Assembly: GCA_964411565.1 (NCBI GenBank)
Contig: CAYPLB010000005.1
Location: forward strand, 24,536 to 88,535
Source of the DNA: Candidatus Woesearchaeota archaeon
GTDB lineage: Archaea > Nanobdellota > Nanobdellia > SCGC-AAA011-G17 > GW2011-AR17
Reading direction: 5' to 3'
Length of the DNA: 64,000 bases
A program made the translations under genes and the position numbers. The notes under the pieces were generated by a model, which saw nothing but the letters and a program-made list of their open reading frames with translations, ran no database searches and was not told the DNA's origin. This document shows positions 59,278 through 64,000 of this stretch, piece after piece; within the stretch, counting starts at the first letter, position 1, and each line of letters opens with the position of its first letter.

Positions 59278-59661
59278 TTATGGTAAGGGGAAAAATTTTT
59301 CAGATACTGGTAAATCATAAATTACACAATTATCTAACCTAACTAGATTACGCTTTGCTAACATAATAGATCCCTTAAAATTTCTTGGGCTTTCAGAAGA
59401 AGAATTTCCTTGAAGAATTCCAATTCCCATTTGATTAAACAAATCCTCATCATCAAAAAATACATCAGCATATTTTAATTCCCATAATTTTTTATCAAAA
59501 TATATATCATATTCACTTGTTCTTGTTGTTAAACAATAATCACAAACAGAAATAACTCCCATACCAATTTGAGCTAAACCCAAGATTCTATAATCACTAC
59601 CAATTGTCAAAGTATATGCAGAAACAACATTACTTATTAACCCACTATTATCATATAACAT
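59278..59661 (-). CDS. Hypothetical protein
   Basis: 127-aa ORF. Confidence 0.4.
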   Translation of the reverse strand: MLYDNSGLISNVVSAYTLTIGSDYRILGLAQIGMGVISVCDYCLTTRTSEYDIYFDKKLWELKYADVFFDDEDLFNQMGIGILQGNSSSESPRNFKGSIMLAKRNLVRLDNCVIYDLPVSEKFFPLP

Positions 59662-59898
59662 AATTCAAAAAAGAAATTCCTTATTATTAAAGATTACTAA
59701 CTTTTTTCTCTAATTTCTTCAAATCTTGCAATCATTCTTCAAACTATTAATTTAAGTAAATAAACCCAAAAAACAAAACATTTATAAACTCCTATTTTTT
59801 TCGTGGAGTACATGGACAGATTCTTCTATGCTACATGGAAAAATGTAAATTTATTCATTCAGTTATTCAAATTAACTCATAGAAGATATTATGTCAAT

Positions 59899-59973
59899 GC
59901 CCTGATAGTGTAGTCCGGTCTATCATGAAGCCCTGTCGAGGCTTCGACCCGGGTTCGAATCCCGGTCAGGGCG
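59899..59973 (+). tRNA. tRNA-Asp (GTC)
   Basis: GCCCTGA/TCAGGGC acceptor, AAGCC-CTGTCGA-GGCTT anticodon arm, CCGGG-TTCGAAT-CCCGG T-arm, discriminator G. Confidence 0.85.
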
Positions 59974-59976
59974 TAC

Positions 59977-60111
59977 GGACCGGTAGCTCAGTTTGGTGGA
60001 GCACCTGGGGAGGGGAGTGAAGACAAATCATTATCATGAACCTCTTGGTGAAACTTTTACCAAGCTTTGGAAGATATCAGGTGGTCGCGGGTTCAAATCC
60101 CGTCCGGTCCA
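59977..60111 (+). tRNA. Intron-containing tRNA (anticodon unresolved), 3 nt downstream of tRNA-Asp
   Basis: GGACCGG/CCGGTCC acceptor, GCTC...GAGC D-arm, GCGGG-TTCAAAT-CCCGT T-arm; about 65 nt inserted between the anticodon-stem halves (CCTGG ... TCAGG) with an internal CTTGG/CCAAG hairpin. Confidence 0.6.
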
Positions 60112-60138
60112 CTATTAAAAATAGGAGAAAAAAACAAT

Positions 60139-60384
60139 ATGACTGAACTTGACATTGATGTTACAAAACATATCCTTGTGCCCAAACACGAAAAACTCTC
60201 TGAAGAGGAAGCTGAAGAAATTCTAAAAAATCTTAATACAAACACAAAAAGACTTCCTAGAATTGTATTATCAGATCCAGCAATTAAAGGATTAGATGCG
60301 GAAAGAGGCGATATAATCAGAATTACAAGAAAAAGTGAAACAGTCGGAAAAACATATTATTATAGGGTGGTTGTAGATGGATAA
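60139..60384 (+). CDS. rpoH: DNA-directed RNA polymerase subunit H (start moved to MTELDID)
   Basis: HILVPKHEKLSEEE...GDIIRITRKSETVG...YRVV resembles RpoH/Rpb5; the track ORF start at 60067 overlaps the tRNA. Confidence 0.8.
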   Translation: MTELDIDVTKHILVPKHEKLSEEEAEEILKNLNTNTKRLPRIVLSDPAIKGLDAERGDIIRITRKSETVGKTYYYRVVVDG

Positions 60385-61864
60385 TAAAAAATTACTAATT
60401 CAAAAATACTTTGAAGAACATTCTTTCATTGAGTCTAGCTTAGCTTCATTTAACAAATTTGTAGAAGTTGAAATGCAAAAAACTATTACTGAAATTGGAG
60501 ATATTATTCCAACAATTCTTCCTCCAGATGTTCAAGAATTTAGAATCAAATTAGATAAAATTTGGATTGAAAAACCACAAATTACTGAGGCTGATGGATC
60601 AAAAAGACCAATCTATCCAATTGAAGCAAGATTAAGAAAATTAACTTATGCTGCTCCAATATTCCTAGAAGTATCTGCTTATGTCGATGGGATCCAAAGA
60701 GAATCATTTGTAGCACAAATTGGAAAAATCCCTATTATGTTAAAATCAAAAAATTGTCATTTATACAAATTAAATGAGGAAGAATTAATTGATCATGGTG
60801 AAGATCCAAATAACTTAGGTGGATATTTTATTATAAATGGAAATGAGAGAGTAATTATTACAGTTGAAGATTTATTACCTAACAAAATTTTCTTCCAACA
60901 AAATAAAATTGGACCAAGTAAATATACTGCTAGAATTTTTTCTCAGAGAGGACCTTATAGTATTCCTCATGTAATAGAACAAATGAAAGATGGTATTTTC
61001 TACATTTCATTTACAAAGTTCAAAAGAATACCTTTATTTGCTGTAATAAAAGCATTGGGTATGACTAGAGATCAAGATATTATGCAGGCAATTTGTGACG
61101 AGAAAGAGTATGATGACATTTACATTAATTTATACAACTCTGTAGAATTACAAAATGTTGAAGATTCAACTGAATTTATTGCAAAAAAAGTTGGACTAAC
61201 TCAACCAAGAGAAGTAAGAATAGAAAGAACAACAGAACAACTTTATCATTACCTACTTCCTCATATAGGAATTACACAAAAAGAAAATAATCTAAAAGCT
61301 CATCATTTATGTAAATTAGTAAAAAGATTCTTACAAGTTTCAAAAGATGAAAAAACAATTACTGATAAAGATCATTATAAAAACAAAAAATTAAAACTTG
61401 CTGGAGAACTTATCTCAGATTTATTCAGAGTAAACATGAGAGTTTTAGTAAACGATATTCTTTACAACTTCCAAAGGCTTGTAAAGAGAGGAAAATTCCA
61501 ATCAGTAAAAATTATTATTAGGGACAAACTTTTAACTTCAAGACTAAATAGTGCAATTGCTACTGGTCAATGGGTTGGAGGACGAAGAGGAATAAGTCAA
61601 AACATTGCAAAAGTTAACTACTTAGATACTCTTTCACACTTAAGCAGAGTTGTTTCTTTACTTTCAGCTACACAAGAAAATTTTGAAGCTAGAGAAATTC
61701 ACTCTACTCACTGGGGAAGACTTTGTCCAATTGAAACTCCAGAAGGGACACCAATTGGTTTAAGAAAAAATTTAGCAATGCTTTCACAAATTACACAAAA
61801 GAATATTCCAGAAGAGAAAACAAAGAAAAATTTAGAAAATTTAGGAGTTAAACTGATAAAATGA
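60377..61864 (+). CDS. rpoB2: DNA-directed RNA polymerase subunit B'' (N-terminal portion of split B)
   Basis: Conserved RNAP beta-like N-terminal blocks; 4-bp overlaps with rpoH and rpoB1. Confidence 0.85.
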   Translation: MDNKKLLIQKYFEEHSFIESSLASFNKFVEVEMQKTITEIGDIIPTILPPDVQEFRIKLDKIWIEKPQITEADGSKRPIYPIEARLRKLTYAAPIFLEVSAYVDGIQRESFVAQIGKIPIMLKSKNCHLYKLNEEELIDHGEDPNNLGGYFIINGNERVIITVEDLLPNKIFFQQNKIGPSKYTARIFSQRGPYSIPHVIEQMKDGIFYISFTKFKRIPLFAVIKALGMTRDQDIMQAICDEKEYDDIYINLYNSVELQNVEDSTEFIAKKVGLTQPREVRIERTTEQLYHYLLPHIGITQKENNLKAHHLCKLVKRFLQVSKDEKTITDKDHYKNKKLKLAGELISDLFRVNMRVLVNDILYNFQRLVKRGKFQSVKIIIRDKLLTSRLNSAIATGQWVGGRRGISQNIAKVNYLDTLSHLSRVVSLLSATQENFEAREIHSTHWGRLCPIETPEGTPIGLRKNLAMLSQITQKNIPEEKTKKNLENLGVKLIK

Positions 61865-63663
61865 CTGATGTATACTTAGATGAAAAATATATAGGAACTT
61901 GTGATAATCCAAAACAATTATCTACTACAATAATTGAAGAAAGAAGGAAACAAAAAATTCCTGTAGAAATTAATATTAACTATAATCCAGAGTATAATGA
62001 ACTTTCAATTCATACTTGTCCAGGTAGAGTTAGAAGACCTTTAATTATCGTAGAGAAGGGTGAACCTTTACTAACTGAAGAACACATACAAAAATTAAGA
62101 TCAAATGAAATTAAGTGGAGTGACTTATTAGATCAAGGTGTAATTGAATATTTAGATGCAAATGAAGAAGAAAATGCATTTGTAGCTTTAAGACCTAAGG
62201 ATGTTACAAAAGAACACACACACTTAGAAGTTAACCCTATTAGTATTTTAGGTTTCATTACTTCTTTAGTACCTTATGCAAATTTTGGTCAGAGTTCAAG
62301 ACTTAACAGAGGTTCCAAAACTCAAAAGCAAGGTTTAGGTTTATACACAAGTAACTATTTACTAAGAATGGATACTGATATTAACATCTTACAATATCCA
62401 CAAATCCCAATTGTAAAATCATTTATGCACGACATTGTAAAATACGAAAAACATCCATCTGGACAAAATGTTACAATTGCATTACTAAGTTATGATGGAT
62501 TTAACATGGAAGATGCTTTAATTGTTAATCAAGGTTCTATTCAAAGAGGTTTTGCAAGATCTTATTACTTCAGACCATATAATGCACAAGAGATTAGATA
62601 CCAAGGAGGATTAGTTGATGAAGTTGGTATTCCTGATAAAGAAGTTAAAGCTTACAGATCTGAAGAGGATTATAAATTATTAGAAGATGATGGTATTGTT
62701 TATCCAGAAGCTAAAATTAAAGAAGATGATGTAATAATTGGAAAAAGTTCACCTCCAAGATTCTTAGGAGAAATGGAAGAATTTAGTATTGCTGCTAACA
62801 CAAGAAGAGAAAGTTCAGTAGCTATCAAGCGAGGAGAAAAAGGAGTTGTTGATTTTGTTGTTATAACAGAAAATGCTGAAGGAAATAAACTTATTCAAGT
62901 TAGACTAAGAGATTTAAGAATTCCAGAACCAGGTGATAAATTTGCATCTCGTTATGGACAGAAAGGAGTTATAGGAAGAATTATACCACAGGCAGATATG
63001 CCTTTCACAGCATCAGGAATTGTTCCAGATTTAATATTTTCACCTCACTCTATTCCATCTAGAATGACAATTTCTCACTTAATAGAAGTTATTGGTGGAA
63101 AAGTTGGAGCATTAGAAGGTAGACATATTGATGGAACAACATTCTCAGCAGAATCAGAACCAGACCTAAGAAAGAATCTAAAAAAACTAGGATTCAGAGA
63201 AGATGGTACTGAAAAAATGTATAATGGAATTACAGGTGAAGAATTTGAAGCAAAGATTTTCGTCGGTAACATGTACTACTTAAAATTAAAATATATGGTT
63301 GCAAACAAAATGCATGCAAGAGCAACTGGTAAAATTCAATTATTAACCAGACAACCTATTGAAGGTAGAGCTATGGGTGGAGGTCTTAGATTAGGAGAGA
63401 TGGAGAAAGATTGTTTAGTAGCACACGGTGCATCTCTATTACTAAAAGAAAGATTTGATTCTGACACTGTAAAAGTACCTATCTGTCAAAAATCTGGTTT
63501 AATCAGTTTCTATGATGCTAGAAAAAATAAATTAATGTCTCCTATTCATGGAGAAGACTCAGACATATCATATGTAGAAATGAGTTACGCATTCAAATTA
63601 TTACTTGATGAATTAAAATCATTAGGTATATACCCAAAACTACAACTGGAGGATAAGTTTTAA
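61861..63663 (+). CDS. rpoB1: DNA-directed RNA polymerase subunit B'
   Basis: GDKFASRYGQKGV, NPxxxPSRMTI and a C-terminal zinc region. Confidence 0.9.
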   Translation: MTDVYLDEKYIGTCDNPKQLSTTIIEERRKQKIPVEININYNPEYNELSIHTCPGRVRRPLIIVEKGEPLLTEEHIQKLRSNEIKWSDLLDQGVIEYLDANEEENAFVALRPKDVTKEHTHLEVNPISILGFITSLVPYANFGQSSRLNRGSKTQKQGLGLYTSNYLLRMDTDINILQYPQIPIVKSFMHDIVKYEKHPSGQNVTIALLSYDGFNMEDALIVNQGSIQRGFARSYYFRPYNAQEIRYQGGLVDEVGIPDKEVKAYRSEEDYKLLEDDGIVYPEAKIKEDDVIIGKSSPPRFLGEMEEFSIAANTRRESSVAIKRGEKGVVDFVVITENAEGNKLIQVRLRDLRIPEPGDKFASRYGQKGVIGRIIPQADMPFTASGIVPDLIFSPHSIPSRMTISHLIEVIGGKVGALEGRHIDGTTFSAESEPDLRKNLKKLGFREDGTEKMYNGITGEEFEAKIFVGNMYYLKLKYMVANKMHARATGKIQLLTRQPIEGRAMGGGLRLGEMEKDCLVAHGASLLLKERFDSDTVKVPICQKSGLISFYDARKNKLMSPIHGEDSDISYVEMSYAFKLLLDELKSLGIYPKLQLEDKF

Positions 63664-64000
63664 TGAGACCTAATCATGTACATAAAAAAGTAAGATCTAT
63701 CCAATTTGGATTAATTTCACCAAAGATGATAAAAAAGATAGCAACAGCAAAAGTAGTTACTCCAGAACTTTATGATAGAGAAGGTTATCCTGTAGAAGGT
63801 GGTTTAATGGATACAAGATTAGGTGTTATCGACCCTGGTTTAGTTTGTAAAACTGATGGATTAAAATTAAAAGAAACTTTAGGTCACTTTGGTTACATTG
63901 AACTTGGAAGACCAGTTATTCATATTAGTTATGTAAAAGCTGTTCATGCATTCTTACAAACAACATGTTCAGATTGTAGTAGAATTTTACTTGATGAAGA
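63663..64000 (+). CDS. rpoA1: DNA-directed RNA polymerase subunit A' (3'-truncated by window edge)
   Basis: MRPNHVHKKVRSIQFGLISPKMI...GHFGYIELGRPV, with a Cys cluster. Confidence 0.85.
   Translation, partial: MRPNHVHKKVRSIQFGLISPKMIKKIATAKVVTPELYDREGYPVEGGLMDTRLGVIDPGLVCKTDGLKLKETLGHFGYIELGRPVIHISYVKAVHAFLQTTCSDCSRILLDE

Noticed and set aside
60009-60076. Possible C/D-box sRNA inside the tRNA intron (as in archaeal tRNA-Trp introns)
   Set aside because: Only a degenerate C-like box (GUGAAGA) is present, and no CUGA D or D' boxes.
60067-60138. Extended N-terminus of rpoH (MEDIRWSRVQIPSGPLLKIGEKNN)
   Set aside because: This extension is the translation of the tRNA 3' half and spacer; RpoH homologs start at MTELDID, with the ATG at 60139.
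1-64000. CRISPR arrays, rRNA genes, SRP/RNase P RNAs, reverse transcriptase/DGR components, transposases
   Set aside because: I scanned for regularly spaced short repeats, long GC-rich non-coding stretches and RT/transposase motifs and found none. The only periodic repeats are protein-coding low-complexity tails and the intergenic modules reported above.

Overview
This is a very AT-rich (roughly 30% GC) archaeal chromosome segment. Several features make it archaeal. It has split RNA polymerase B''/B' genes in an rpoH-rpoB2-rpoB1-rpoA1 operon at the 3' end. It also carries Alba, ribosomal protein S17e, a tRNA-splicing endonuclease EndA, a pilin with a class-III signal peptide, a 4-demethylwyosine synthase (TYW1) and an archaeal-type GlyRS. 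Gene content and composition suggest a small-genome DPANN-like archaeon, but that is inference only. The first ~9.3 kb is an accessory or defence-like island. It contains a type I restriction-modification methylase (hsdM, truncated at the 5' end), a RadC-like JAB protein and three tandem Fic-family paralogs. These are separated by a mosaic of repeated intergenic modules (about 121 bp and 70 bp) and a recurring GC-rich CCGGCGGGGGCA motif. A compositionally distinct block of lipoprotein and hypothetical genes follows, with at least one decayed gene. The remainder is mostly housekeeping: iscS-iscU, an Fe/Mn SOD-like gene, a peroxiredoxin, a thioredoxin and a Fur/PerR-family regulator (PerR-like), pyrG, cysS, glyS, a DEAD-box helicase, H+-PPase, kefB-like, pepA, and a tRNA-processing cluster endA-rnz-rtcA. 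Several smaller unusual features are interspersed. One is a fusion of an AsnB-like amidotransferase with a Dph6-like diphthine-ammonia ligase. Another is a frameshifted RelE/ParE toxin gene missing from the ORF track. A vapBC cassette is bracketed by a 36-bp direct repeat, and a hypothetical gene is bracketed by a 34-bp direct repeat. A two-domain LAGLIDADG homing endonuclease is interrupted by a ~70-bp GC-rich insertion and sits next to an intron-containing tRNA. Two further tRNAs have large or non-canonical introns, including one 3 nt downstream of tRNA-Asp. No CRISPR array and no rRNA were seen.
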